Shown: piece after piece, positions 6,371-16,413 of the stretch | How positions within the stretch are numbered: position 1 is the stretch's first letter | How the letters are laid out: the number at the start of each line of letters is the position of its first letter | Source: Chamaesiphon sp. | GTDB lineage: Bacteria; Cyanobacteriota; Cyanobacteriia; Cyanobacteriales; Chamaesiphonaceae | Reading direction: 5' to 3' | DNA length: 64,000 nucleotides | Assembly: GCA_965246715.1 (NCBI GenBank) | Contig: CBDFFH010000047.1 | Span: forward strand, 96,001 to 160,000 | The notes under the pieces: generated by a model | What the model was told of the DNA's origin: nothing | The model's input: the letters and a program-made list of their open reading frames with translations, nothing else | Databases searched by the model: none | Translations under genes and position numbers: made by a program

Positions 6371-8680
6371 ATGTCGTCCAAGTCCATTCTCACCAACCTT
6401 CAGCAGCAGATGGCAGCGATGCCGCGCATACCACCAGAGGACTCACTACTACTGCGAATATTAGTCCAGTCGATGGTGTCGATAGGTATTATGGCGACGG
6501 ATGTGGCAGCGGAAACTCAGTTGAGTTTGTGGGCGATACCGCTGAGTCTTGCTGGTGCTACCTGGAGTTGGTATCATCGTCGCGATCGCAATATCGGCGT
6601 TAAGTTTGGCCTGGCATTTGCGATGGTTGGGGCATTAGGTTATTTTGTCGTGCATCTACTCGGCAGCGCCAACGATACGCGCCTAGTTTTGGCAGAATTA
6701 TTAGTCCAGGTGCAGACGATTCATACCTTCGATCTGCCCCGCCGGAAAGATTTGGGCTACTCGATGACGATCGGGTTAATCTTAATTAGTGTTGCTGGTA
6801 CTCTCAGTCAAACACTCGCATTTGCGCCATTATTATTACTGTTTCTGACACTGGCAATCCCGATATTATTTCTCGATTATCGATCGCGGCTTCAGCTCGC
6901 ACCGTTGAGTATTGCCACTCCGCGCGAGATTCGACAGATCGGTTTGCCTTGGCGACGCTTGGGTCGATTATTAGCGGTAGTACTGGCGATCGGCTTGGTT
7001 ATTTTTGCGGTGATGCCGCGTTTTGCGGGCTATCAGGGTTCGTTACCGATGAGTGCGCCGATTCAGTATGAGCCAAAGAATTTTGATGCTAAAGGGATTA
7101 ATAATCCTGGCTACCAGCGTCAAGGTAAAGCTGGCGGAGGCGCAGGTTCGCCATCGATCGATGGTAAGGGTAGCGGGAAGGGCGATGGCACTCTCGATGA
7201 GAATTTTTATTACGGATTTAATTCCAAAATCGACCAAAATCTACGTGGGGTGATGAAGCCCAAATTAGTGATGCGGGTGCGTTCCCAAGCCCCTGGCTTT
7301 TGGCGAGCATTGGCATTCGATCGCTATACCGGACAAGGCTGGGAAATTTCGCGAAATACCGATACCCAAAAAGTTGCGCGCTCTAACTGGGAAGCTAAAT
7401 TTTCGTTCGCTTATCCGCTGACAAAAATCGCGACCAAGCAGGTGATTCAAAGTTATACCACGCTAGAAGAACTACCAAACATCATTCCGGGGATGTCATC
7501 AGTTAGCGAGCTATATTTTCCCACACCAGAAATTGCGATCGATCGAGAAGGTAGTTTGCGATCGCCAGTTGGCTTGCTCAAAGGCTTGACTTATACGGCG
7601 ATCTCTCAGGTACCATTCCGCAATCGCTCCTTGCTCGATGCCGCCAAGACCGATTATCGACCAAATATTAGTAAATATTATCTCCAAATCCCACCCAGTA
7701 TTGCGCCCAAATTACAGAAGTTTACCCAAGATTTAGTTGCTAGCGCCCCACAACAACAAGTCGGTAAAGATAGTCAGCCGCTAGCATCTAACTATGCCAA
7801 GGCACTGTATCTCGCCCAATATCTCAAACAGCACTATCATCTTCCGCAAGATCCGCTAGGACTCTCTCGCGTCCCCGATCGTGAAGATTTAGCAAGCTGG
7901 TTTCTATTTCGTTGTGAGGGCAAATCGACTAGTTGCGAGGCTGGCGGTTATGCCGACCATTTTGCGACTACTTATACGATGATGCTCCGCTCGATCGGGA
8001 TTCCCGCTCGGCTGGCTGTCGGCTTCGATCCCGGTCGCTTCAATCCGTTTACAGGCTATTATGAAGTCTCGAATACCGACGCACATGCCCTCACAGAGGT
8101 ATATTTCCCCGATTATGGCTGGTTTAGCTTCGATCCGATTCCTGGGCATCCGCTGACTCCTCCAGGTGTTGAGGAAGACCAGACTTTTAGTACCGTCCAG
8201 CAACTCTGGAATTGGGTAGCTGGCTGGTTGCCATCACCAGTGACTGCTTGGTTGGCGCAAATTTGGTCGCTGACCCTCGGCTGGCTGATAGTTGGGGTGA
8301 GCTGGTTCTTGAGTTTATTCGGTCGGGGTTGGCTGGGCGTATTTGCTGGTATGGCAATCGCGATCGCGATTAGTTTCTGCGGGTGGTGGGGCTGGCAACA
8401 ATGGCGTAACTGGCAACATCGACAATGGTTGCAAAAGTTACCACCAGTAGAGCGGATCTATCAGCAGATGTTAGCACGATTGCATGGGCTGGACAGTCAC
8501 AAGCATCCCGCTCAAACTCCATTAGAATATGCCCAAATCGTGCGCGATACTCGATCGGCGGTGCTGAGTAATTTAGTGAGCGAACTCTCTCAAGCTTATA
8601 CTGCCTGGCGTTATGGCCAGGAACCCCAGCAACTCGATCGATTGCAGATGATATTAAAAGAGTTGAAACAGAGGAATTAG
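6371..8680 (+). CDS. Membrane transglutaminase-like protein (TgpA/DUF3488 + transglutaminase core + DUF4129)
   Basis: N-terminal TM helices, FWRALAFDRYTGQGW, MLRSIGIPARLAVGF, DAHALTEVYFPDYGWFSFDPIP, TPLEYA. Confidence 0.9.
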   Translation: MSSKSILTNLQQQMAAMPRIPPEDSLLLRILVQSMVSIGIMATDVAAETQLSLWAIPLSLAGATWSWYHRRDRNIGVKFGLAFAMVGALGYFVVHLLGSANDTRLVLAELLVQVQTIHTFDLPRRKDLGYSMTIGLILISVAGTLSQTLAFAPLLLLFLTLAIPILFLDYRSRLQLAPLSIATPREIRQIGLPWRRLGRLLAVVLAIGLVIFAVMPRFAGYQGSLPMSAPIQYEPKNFDAKGINNPGYQRQGKAGGGAGSPSIDGKGSGKGDGTLDENFYYGFNSKIDQNLRGVMKPKLVMRVRSQAPGFWRALAFDRYTGQGWEISRNTDTQKVARSNWEAKFSFAYPLTKIATKQVIQSYTTLEELPNIIPGMSSVSELYFPTPEIAIDREGSLRSPVGLLKGLTYTAISQVPFRNRSLLDAAKTDYRPNISKYYLQIPPSIAPKLQKFTQDLVASAPQQQVGKDSQPLASNYAKALYLAQYLKQHYHLPQDPLGLSRVPDREDLASWFLFRCEGKSTSCEAGGYADHFATTYTMMLRSIGIPARLAVGFDPGRFNPFTGYYEVSNTDAHALTEVYFPDYGWFSFDPIPGHPLTPPGVEEDQTFSTVQQLWNWVAGWLPSPVTAWLAQIWSLTLGWLIVGVSWFLSLFGRGWLGVFAGMAIAIAISFCGWWGWQQWRNWQHRQWLQKLPPVERIYQQMLARLHGLDSHKHPAQTPLEYAQIVRDTRSAVLSNLVSELSQAYTAWRYGQEPQQLDRLQMILKELKQRN

Positions 8681-8681
8681 G

Positions 8682-8758
8682 GGATAGGGAATAGGGAATA
8701 GGGAATAGTAGATGGTCGATCCGCAATCCGCAATCCAAAATCCAAAATCCAAAATCCA
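8682..8758. repeat. Heptamer STRR tract (GGGAATA, ATCCGCA, ATCCAAA units) between convergent genes
   Basis: Tandem 7-mers read directly. Similar tracts at about 17130-17176, 17285-17380, 21810-21835, 24100-24145, 30883-30912, 39809-39838, 51054-51082 and 56140-56168. Confidence 0.85.
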
Positions 8759-8768
8759 GACGATTGAG

Positions 8769-11700
8769 CTATTTAGCACTACCAATCAATTCGGAGATCG
8801 TTTGGCGCAATTCTTTTAATTTGGTTGGTTTGGATAAATAGCGATCTGCTCCTCGCTCCAGACATTTTAGGCGATCTCCTGGCATTGCTAAAGCCGTGAG
8901 CGCGATAATCGGGATATGCATCAGTTCGGGGAGCTGGCGAATTTTGGCAATCGATTCCAATCCATCCATTCCAGGCATCTGAATATCCATTAAAATCAGG
9001 TCGGGCAGCAGGGAGTGGGCGAGGCTAATCGCTTCGATCCCATCGTTGGCAACAACAATCTCATAACCTGAATGAGTTAAATACAACATGAAAGTTTCGA
9101 TGTTGGTTTTGTTGTCTTCCGCTAGTAAGATTAGGGGGTGTTGACGTGGGGCTGAAGCAGTATCTTTCTCCGGTTCTAGCTCCGCGTTAGTTTGGTTAGC
9201 TTCCGCCAGTAAGAGCGGGGGGTGTTGATGTGCAGCTGAAGCAGGAAGTTTGGGCGGTTCTAGCTCCGCTAAGTTCGCAATCTCTGGTGACGATCGATCT
9301 GCGGTAAGCGGCAAAAGTTCGGCAACTGCGATCGGTACCCGTCGATTGCTGTCGAGATCCCAGGACTCAACAACGATCGGATTGTAATTCTGGAGAGGCA
9401 TGGTCGCAATTAAATCCGGACGAGGATTTTCCGCAACCGAACTCGATCGGAAAGAGCAAGTAGCATATGGCAACGTAATGCTAAAGCAGCTACCTTGTCC
9501 TGGCGTGCTGGTTACCTGAATGTCGCCATTTTGGGCTTCTACCAGCCGCTTGACTAATGCTAAACCCAGTCCAGTGCCATTGTATTGACGACTGAGGCTA
9601 CTATCGATTTGGACGAAGGATTGGAACAGTTTCGGCATATTTTCCTGAGCGATGCCAATCCCAGTATCGATGACTTTAAATTGAATGACCGATCGATCGG
9701 GATCTCTGGCGACGACTAGTGTGACACGACCATCAACAGGCGTAAATTTAACTGCATTATTGAGCAGATTGATCAATATCTGCCGCACGCGGAGGTCGTC
9801 GATCGAAATTTGTCCTTCGTCTAGGGGAATTTGGGTCTCAATTTGAATATTTTTCGCCTGTGCCAACTGACTGACAAATTTCAAACTAGCATTACAGATA
9901 CTTTCAACTGATGTCGGGACAGGATTTAACTCTAATTGCCCGGACTCGATTTTGGCTAGATCCAAGATTTCGGTAATTAAATCCAGCAGATGTTGTCCGC
10001 TCTGCTCGATCGTGGCAATCGACGATTCTTGCAACGCATTTAACTCGCCATAAATCCGCTCTTGTAAGCCTTCTGATAAGCCCAAAATTGCATTGAGCGG
10101 CGTGCGTAGCTCGTGACTCATCACCGCTAAAAATTCACTTTTGGCCTGATTTGCTCGATCGGCAAATCGTTCGGCTGCTCGGGCATTTTCGAGTAACTGT
10201 GCTTGGTAGAGTGCGACCCCAATATGATTGGCTAGTTGTTTGACAAAATCAATCTCACTCTCTTGCCACTGTCGAGGACGAGCGCATTGATGGATGCACA
10301 ATAGCCCCCATAAACTGTCTTTCAGGCGCAAGGGGACAATCAGGTTGGCGCGAACATCAAACCGTTCGAGGATATCAATGTGACATTGAGATAGTCCCGC
10401 ATGATAAATATCGGCAACTGCCTGTATTTGTCCGGCATTGTAATGGATGGCAAATCGATCGCCAAAACAATGGTCTTCAATTTTCTGGGCTAGCGCTGAG
10501 GGATAATCTGAATTGACATCTTCAGAGACAAATTCTCCCAAATTAAAATTGGAATCGGGATCGAAGCGAAAAATGCCCACGCGATCGGCCGCGAGAAACT
10601 TACGCACCTCTTGGGTTGTAGCGGTAAAAATCCGGGTTAAATCCAGAGACTCCCGAATTTTACTAATCATCCCTGCCAGCGTTTGCTGTTGTTCTTCCAT
10701 CACGGGCAAACGATTAGCTTTCCGCTGGGCAATTTCGATTAATTCCGCCTGTTGCAGTGCGGCTCCTAGATGGGCACCAATTTGCGTCACAAAAGATACT
10801 TCTGACTCGCTCCAGGCGCGAGGATTGGCATGGTGGTACAAACCGATTAGCCCCCACAGTTGCCGCCCGACAAACAATGGCAGCACTAAGAAAGCGCGAA
10901 TCGAGTAATATTCTAAGACTTCAATATGACAGCGGGAGAGATTCGCAGTATAAATATCATCGACGACTGTGACTTCATGATTTTGATATCGCCCGCCCTG
11001 AGTTTGCTGGAGATAACTATCATTCCAACTTGAATCTGTAGCGAGAATAATTCTCTCCCAGCCTGGAGAGATCGACTCATAATCGGGAATAAAACTACCA
11101 CCCCAATCTTCATTAAAGCGATAAATCGCCACCCGATCGATCTCTAATAATTGCCGCACTTCCTGAGTGGCCGTGCGCATCGTGGTTTTTACATCCCAGG
11201 CTTTTTGTAATGTACTCAGGACGCTGGCGAGGGCGCTTTGCTGCTTGCCGATTGTCTTCGCATGTTCCAATTCGGCGGTACGGATTTGGATCTGTTGGTT
11301 GAGGTTGGTATTGAGAATTTGCACCTGTTCGTAGAGACGGTGTTGTTTGACCGCAGCCGCAAATCGCTCGCTTAGCGCTTGAGCCAGCCGGACATCAGCT
11401 TCGATCCATGGTTGGGCATGTCCGGTTTTAATTTGCCGCCAAGCCTCAAAGGATTGACGCGGGGCCATCTGGCGACGATCGGGATCGCAGCTACCTGCCC
11501 AGACTAATTCTCGATCGATGTCGCCCCGAAAGATTGTCAAACACCCGATCGATTCCTGTCCTAATTGGAGCGGAACGATTAAGACACCACGGATATTAGT
11601 GCCCCCAAAGGCTGGCGCGAGCGCGCGAAATAGCGGTTCGCGATAAATATCCGCTACCGCCCAGACATTACCATCGATCTCGGCTTCAGTTGGTAGTTCT

Positions 11701-12725
11701 GACAGGGCATATGTAGCTCGCATCCATTCTACCGACCAAGCTCTAGGTTGATACTCCTGTTCGGTTTCGGTCGGCTGGGAACATACAGACATCAAATATT
11801 TTTGCCAGAGGAGATTTTCTTCCAGATACCGCTCGTCTGGGGGACTGGGTTGAGTGCCAGAACTATATAACACCGCACATTGTTTGCTATTTTGGATGGG
11901 TCGATCGATCGTGCGATGTTGGGGCAGGTATAATCGTCCGCCCACGCCTTGAAAAATCTCGATCGTGGCATCGAGAGCTGCTTGTAGCTCTACAGTCGAA
12001 GTCGCATAAAGTAAACTGACGATCCGATTGAGGGCAGCTTCTTGCTTGGCTTGCTCCCGCACCTGTTGGAGTAGCCGCGATTGGGTAATGGAGATCGATA
12101 ATCGATCGACCACGAATTGGAGCAATGCGAGATCGGATTGGTTAACCACCCGTGGCTCACTATGATGGCAAACTAATAATCCCCACAGATCTCGTCGGTC
12201 TGAGGGGAGTGAGGAGAGTCGGCGATCGGGTTTAGGTGATGTGCTTTCAATGACGATCGGCACGACGATCGAGGATTTGACTCCCATCGCCCTCAGATAT
12301 TCGACATGACAAGGATCGAGCGCGCGCTGACTGGGATCGTCTGTCTGAGCGGGATCGATCGGGACGATATCGATAGTTTGAGTCTCTAAATCTACTACTG
12401 TCCGAATTCGCGTTCTTAAATATAGCTCGCGAGCATAAACGGGAATATCATCAGCGGGAAAATGTAGATCCAGCAGCGACGGGAGGCGATCTCGATCGAG
12501 CGCTTCAGCAATTACCAAACCATGTCCATCGGGCTGAAACTCATATATTTTCACGCGATCGGTGGCCAAAAAATCGCGCACTTCAGCCACAGTCGTCGTC
12601 AAGATTTCGGCTAACTCCAGCGAGCGATTAATCTCAGTGGTAATCCGACTCAGCAATTGCTGATGCAAAATTGGCACATTCAATTCATTCACGCTCTGTG
12701 AGTGCGGATCGGACGGGAACGGCAT
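8769..12725 (-). CDS. Multi-GAF photosensory hybrid histidine kinase (knotless phytochrome GAF-PHY + 2 CBCR GAFs + HisKA/HATPase + REC)
   Basis: FPADDIP..DPCHVEYL; PRQSF tongue; WNDSYL..CHIEVL; EDHCF..CHIDIL; MSHELRTPL; LILMDIQMP. Start uncertain: the ORF is open to 12851, ATG 12725 chosen. Confidence 0.9.
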   Translation of the reverse strand: MPFPSDPHSQSVNELNVPILHQQLLSRITTEINRSLELAEILTTTVAEVRDFLATDRVKIYEFQPDGHGLVIAEALDRDRLPSLLDLHFPADDIPVYARELYLRTRIRTVVDLETQTIDIVPIDPAQTDDPSQRALDPCHVEYLRAMGVKSSIVVPIVIESTSPKPDRRLSSLPSDRRDLWGLLVCHHSEPRVVNQSDLALLQFVVDRLSISITQSRLLQQVREQAKQEAALNRIVSLLYATSTVELQAALDATIEIFQGVGGRLYLPQHRTIDRPIQNSKQCAVLYSSGTQPSPPDERYLEENLLWQKYLMSVCSQPTETEQEYQPRAWSVEWMRATYALSELPTEAEIDGNVWAVADIYREPLFRALAPAFGGTNIRGVLIVPLQLGQESIGCLTIFRGDIDRELVWAGSCDPDRRQMAPRQSFEAWRQIKTGHAQPWIEADVRLAQALSERFAAAVKQHRLYEQVQILNTNLNQQIQIRTAELEHAKTIGKQQSALASVLSTLQKAWDVKTTMRTATQEVRQLLEIDRVAIYRFNEDWGGSFIPDYESISPGWERIILATDSSWNDSYLQQTQGGRYQNHEVTVVDDIYTANLSRCHIEVLEYYSIRAFLVLPLFVGRQLWGLIGLYHHANPRAWSESEVSFVTQIGAHLGAALQQAELIEIAQRKANRLPVMEEQQQTLAGMISKIRESLDLTRIFTATTQEVRKFLAADRVGIFRFDPDSNFNLGEFVSEDVNSDYPSALAQKIEDHCFGDRFAIHYNAGQIQAVADIYHAGLSQCHIDILERFDVRANLIVPLRLKDSLWGLLCIHQCARPRQWQESEIDFVKQLANHIGVALYQAQLLENARAAERFADRANQAKSEFLAVMSHELRTPLNAILGLSEGLQERIYGELNALQESSIATIEQSGQHLLDLITEILDLAKIESGQLELNPVPTSVESICNASLKFVSQLAQAKNIQIETQIPLDEGQISIDDLRVRQILINLLNNAVKFTPVDGRVTLVVARDPDRSVIQFKVIDTGIGIAQENMPKLFQSFVQIDSSLSRQYNGTGLGLALVKRLVEAQNGDIQVTSTPGQGSCFSITLPYATCSFRSSSVAENPRPDLIATMPLQNYNPIVVESWDLDSNRRVPIAVAELLPLTADRSSPEIANLAELEPPKLPASAAHQHPPLLLAEANQTNAELEPEKDTASAPRQHPLILLAEDNKTNIETFMLYLTHSGYEIVVANDGIEAISLAHSLLPDLILMDIQMPGMDGLESIAKIRQLPELMHIPIIALTALAMPGDRLKCLERGADRYLSKPTKLKELRQTISELIGSAK

Positions 12726-12919
12726 CGGGTAGCTCCGAGAATCTGGATGTCTGAATAGTCTCAGCATGCCCAAATTGTAATCGCTTATAACATCCGATCT
12801 CGGGAATGGGTCTGGATGGGTTGGCGGGACGGTCGATCCAACATTCAACATCTCGAGTATCGATCGAGATTTTTTCCGGGCATTCTAGAGATAGTTGGCT
12901 CAGATAGATCGAAATAACA

Positions 12920-14701
12920 ATGCATCCATCGGCACTTATCGCATTTCAGTTGCAATCGGCGATCGTCGATCGCCCACTCACAGTCAGTCCCGATACTACT
13001 GTCAAGGAAGCAGTACACCACATGAATGGCGGCGATGCGCTCTTCCAGCAGCGGAGCCAACAACTCGACAATATCGATTTACCATCTCGCTCGACGGCGG
13101 GCGATCGGCTGCCAACAAGTTATGTACTGATTGTCGAGCACGATCGGGTGCTGGGAATTCTCACAGATCGAGATGTCGTGCGGCTGATTGCCCGAACTGT
13201 TGACCTTGAAAATGTACTCATTCGGGATGTGATGACTCATCCAGTCGTTACGCTCGATCGAGATGAATTCACCGATTTAGCTGTTGCGATCGATCTCCTC
13301 TGCCAACATCAAATTCGCCATTTACCCTTACTCGATCGGCATGGCTGTCCGATTGGAATGCTAACACGCGAAAGCTTACAACAAAAATGCCATCCCAACG
13401 AATTGTGGCGAGAACATGTATCTACACTCCAAAAAGAACTCGCCGCTCATCAGATCGAGCTAGCGCAGTTAGCGCAACAACATCAACAACTTGCGATGAC
13501 TAACGAAGAACTCAGCCGTGCGACCCAACTCAAAGATGAATTTCTGACCAATATGAGTCACGAGTTGCGAACGCCGCTCAATGCGATTTTAGGCATGTCT
13601 GAGGGCTTGCAAGAAGGTATTTTCGGTATAGTTAATCCAGCCCAAATCCAAGCAGTTAAAACGATCGAACATAGCAGCAACCACCTCTTAGCTTTAATCG
13701 ATGATATCTTAGATTTGGCGAAGATTGGGGCGAATCGAATCGACCTCGAATGTCAGCCAACTGATATCTGCGAACTTTGCTATTCCAGTTTGGCTTTTGT
13801 CAAGCACCAAGCCATCTCTAAACAGATTCGCTTACAAATTCAACTGCCCCCGCAAATTCCCAATATCTCGATCGATGAACGTCGCATTCGTCAAGTCTTA
13901 ATTAATTTACTCAACAATGCGGTCAAATTTACACCAGTTGGCGGGCATATCGCCCTCAATGTAACGATCGAATCAGACAACACAACTACGAGCTTTATTC
14001 GCTTGACCGTCATCGATACCGGAATTGGGATTAATCATGCCGATTTGCACAAATTATTCCAGCCCTTTACGCAGGTCGATACTGCTTTAAATCGACAATA
14101 TAATGGTGCGGGATTAGGACTAGCTTTAGTCAAAGGAATTGTCGAAATGCATGGTGGTAGCGTGCTAGTACGGAGTGAAGTTGGTGTTGGCAGTCAGTTT
14201 ATTGTCGATCTACCAATTCCACAGGCAGAACGCGATCCTAACGGTAATCTGCTCTCGCCATCTTTAGAGTTTTCACAACCTATTGGCGAAAAATTAGCTA
14301 GCTTAAACGATAGTTCTTTAGCAGGGCGCGCTTGGAAAATATTGCTGGCGGAAGATAATGAAGCAAACATTAGTAGTATTTCTAGCTTTCTCAAAGCCAA
14401 AGGATATCAGACGATTTTGGCAAGAAATGGATTGGAAGCTTTAAATCTCGCCCAATCCCAGTTACCAGATTTAATTTTAATGGATATTCAAATGCCCAAA
14501 ATGGATGGGCTAGAGGCGATCCGCCATATTCGAGAGCGTCCGCAACTGCAAGATGTCCCGATTGTTGCCATCACTGCCTTGGCCATGAATGGCGATCGCG
14601 AAAAATGCCTTAATGCTGGAGCGACTGATTATCTGACTAAGCCAGTCAGACTCAAGCAGCTGTCGACTACTATTCAACAGCATTTAGGCGCAAATAACTA
14701 A
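12920..14701 (+). CDS. CBS-domain hybrid histidine kinase with C-terminal receiver
   Basis: CBS pair (GILTDRDVV, IRHLPLLD), MSHELRTPL, NLLNNAVKFT, DTGIGI, GAGLGL, LILMDIQMP. Confidence 0.9.
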   Translation: MHPSALIAFQLQSAIVDRPLTVSPDTTVKEAVHHMNGGDALFQQRSQQLDNIDLPSRSTAGDRLPTSYVLIVEHDRVLGILTDRDVVRLIARTVDLENVLIRDVMTHPVVTLDRDEFTDLAVAIDLLCQHQIRHLPLLDRHGCPIGMLTRESLQQKCHPNELWREHVSTLQKELAAHQIELAQLAQQHQQLAMTNEELSRATQLKDEFLTNMSHELRTPLNAILGMSEGLQEGIFGIVNPAQIQAVKTIEHSSNHLLALIDDILDLAKIGANRIDLECQPTDICELCYSSLAFVKHQAISKQIRLQIQLPPQIPNISIDERRIRQVLINLLNNAVKFTPVGGHIALNVTIESDNTTTSFIRLTVIDTGIGINHADLHKLFQPFTQVDTALNRQYNGAGLGLALVKGIVEMHGGSVLVRSEVGVGSQFIVDLPIPQAERDPNGNLLSPSLEFSQPIGEKLASLNDSSLAGRAWKILLAEDNEANISSISSFLKAKGYQTILARNGLEALNLAQSQLPDLILMDIQMPKMDGLEAIRHIRERPQLQDVPIVAITALAMNGDREKCLNAGATDYLTKPVRLKQLSTTIQQHLGANN

Positions 14702-14720
14702 TTAATAATTACTAGATTTT

Positions 14721-15854
14721 ATGAAAAATACTTCAATTTTAATCGTTGATGATGAACCCAATAATTTTGAGGTAATTGAGACATTGCTAGCTGGCGATAA
14801 TTACGATCTTTATTATGCTAATAGTGGTGAAGAAGCACTTACGGACATTAGCACATTTAATCCGGATGTAATTTTGCTGGATTTAACCATGCCTAAAATG
14901 GATGGATTGGAAGTATGCGAGCGGCTAAGATTGATGCGGAAATGGAAATCATTGCCAATTATCATGGTGACGGCTTCTTCTAGTAAAGCAATTCTCTCTA
15001 GCTGCTTGGAAGCAGGCGCAGATGATTTTATTAGCAAACCAGTCGATAAGGTCGAACTTCGCGCCAGAATTAAATCGATGCTGCGAATCAAAAAACAATT
15101 CGATCGCATCGAATCTTTAACCAAGCTCCAACAAAAAAATATTACTTTATTAGAAAACGATCTCGGTGAATTAGGCTGCGATTTAGCAGTAGGTTTTGCA
15201 AATGAACTAAATACTCCGCTTGGTCTAATTATGAAAGCACTAACATCTGTAAGCCAGAAGATCGAGCGGATGGATCGGTCGAAAATTTTAGAGCTGGTAA
15301 ATAAAGCCAATCGATCGGCTGCTGAATTAGAGCAACTAACTAATAAATTCTGGATTTATTTAGAACTTGCCTTAGAAAAAAAACAATTTCACAATGATGA
15401 AACTTCTAAATTCGATAAGACAATCAAACAAGTCGCAACTATTCAAGCTCGACTATTGCATCGAGAAGACGATTTGAATATCGATCTAGAGCTTGCAGAG
15501 ATTGCTGTAACGAATCAACATTGTGAGTGGATAGTTAAAGAATTATTGTATTATGCTCTCCATTCTTCTCATCCTGGAAACTCAATAAAAATTGGCGGTC
15601 GAGTCATCAAGAAAACATACACTTTATCCATAGTTTATACTCATGCCAGTTTAACTGAGACTGAAATAGTTTCGAGTGAAGACCGAGAATTAGGACTAGG
15701 GCTAAAAATAGTTAAGAAAATAATTGATATCTATGATGGAAGCTTTACAATTTCTACAGTTGCGAGCTTAGCAGATTGCTACGACACTACTGTATGTATT
15801 GCGCTGCCGTTATCGCAGATTGCGGGGTTAAACAATCGAATGCTGGTTAGCTAA
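14721..15854 (+). CDS. Response regulator fused to a degenerate histidine-kinase-like domain
   Basis: REC with IVDD, LLDLTMP and KP. H-box reads ANELNTPL, N-box reads ELLYYALHSS. Confidence 0.8.
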   Translation: MKNTSILIVDDEPNNFEVIETLLAGDNYDLYYANSGEEALTDISTFNPDVILLDLTMPKMDGLEVCERLRLMRKWKSLPIIMVTASSSKAILSSCLEAGADDFISKPVDKVELRARIKSMLRIKKQFDRIESLTKLQQKNITLLENDLGELGCDLAVGFANELNTPLGLIMKALTSVSQKIERMDRSKILELVNKANRSAAELEQLTNKFWIYLELALEKKQFHNDETSKFDKTIKQVATIQARLLHREDDLNIDLELAEIAVTNQHCEWIVKELLYYALHSSHPGNSIKIGGRVIKKTYTLSIVYTHASLTETEIVSSEDRELGLGLKIVKKIIDIYDGSFTISTVASLADCYDTTVCIALPLSQIAGLNNRMLVS

Positions 15855-16197
15855 CCTGAGACATGATCCGAAGCTGACGGAGGGATCGAATACATGCGGG
15901 GCAATCGCAACCGAAAATTGCGATCGCGCCATCGCTCTCTTCGTCGGTAAAGTTGATGAAAGCATCGGGGTTTTTGGCTTCAGCCTGGGCTTTGGCGATG
16001 AGCGAAGCTTTTGGGATATTGCTAGCTATTTGTGAAGATTTGACACAAACGAGTCGAGCGTGAGCATCGATACAAAATTTACCATCTTGAGTCTTGGTGA
16101 CTCCAGCAGCCATCGCTGGTGAGGTTGCCGAGACGATCGGTAAGATCGTACTCAGTACGGTGGGTGCCGACAGAAACAACAGTAAAAATCTTTTCAT
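15847..16197 (-). CDS. Small exported cyanobacterial protein with C-terminal GCDCPAC motif
   Basis: Signal-peptide-like N-terminus; FTDEESDGAIAIFGCDCPACIRSLRQLR. Confidence 0.7.
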   Translation of the reverse strand: MKRFLLLFLSAPTVLSTILPIVSATSPAMAAGVTKTQDGKFCIDAHARLVCVKSSQIASNIPKASLIAKAQAEAKNPDAFINFTDEESDGAIAIFGCDCPACIRSLRQLRIMSQVS

Positions 16198-16413
16198 AAA
16201 TTAATTTATCTTAAAGATATAAGTTACTCAAACCAGAAGACTAACCGATCGATGATGGGTTAGTCAACTGTTATGTGGGAGATCGAGATCCGATCGCGCT
16301 ATTTCTGGTGTTTATTGCGCTCGGTAAGTTTCAGAAATCAATCTCTATACTAGTTGACTAAACTTAGTATAGTTAGTGTTCCCACCTCGAGCTGCGATCG
16401 TTGCTACTGAAGC

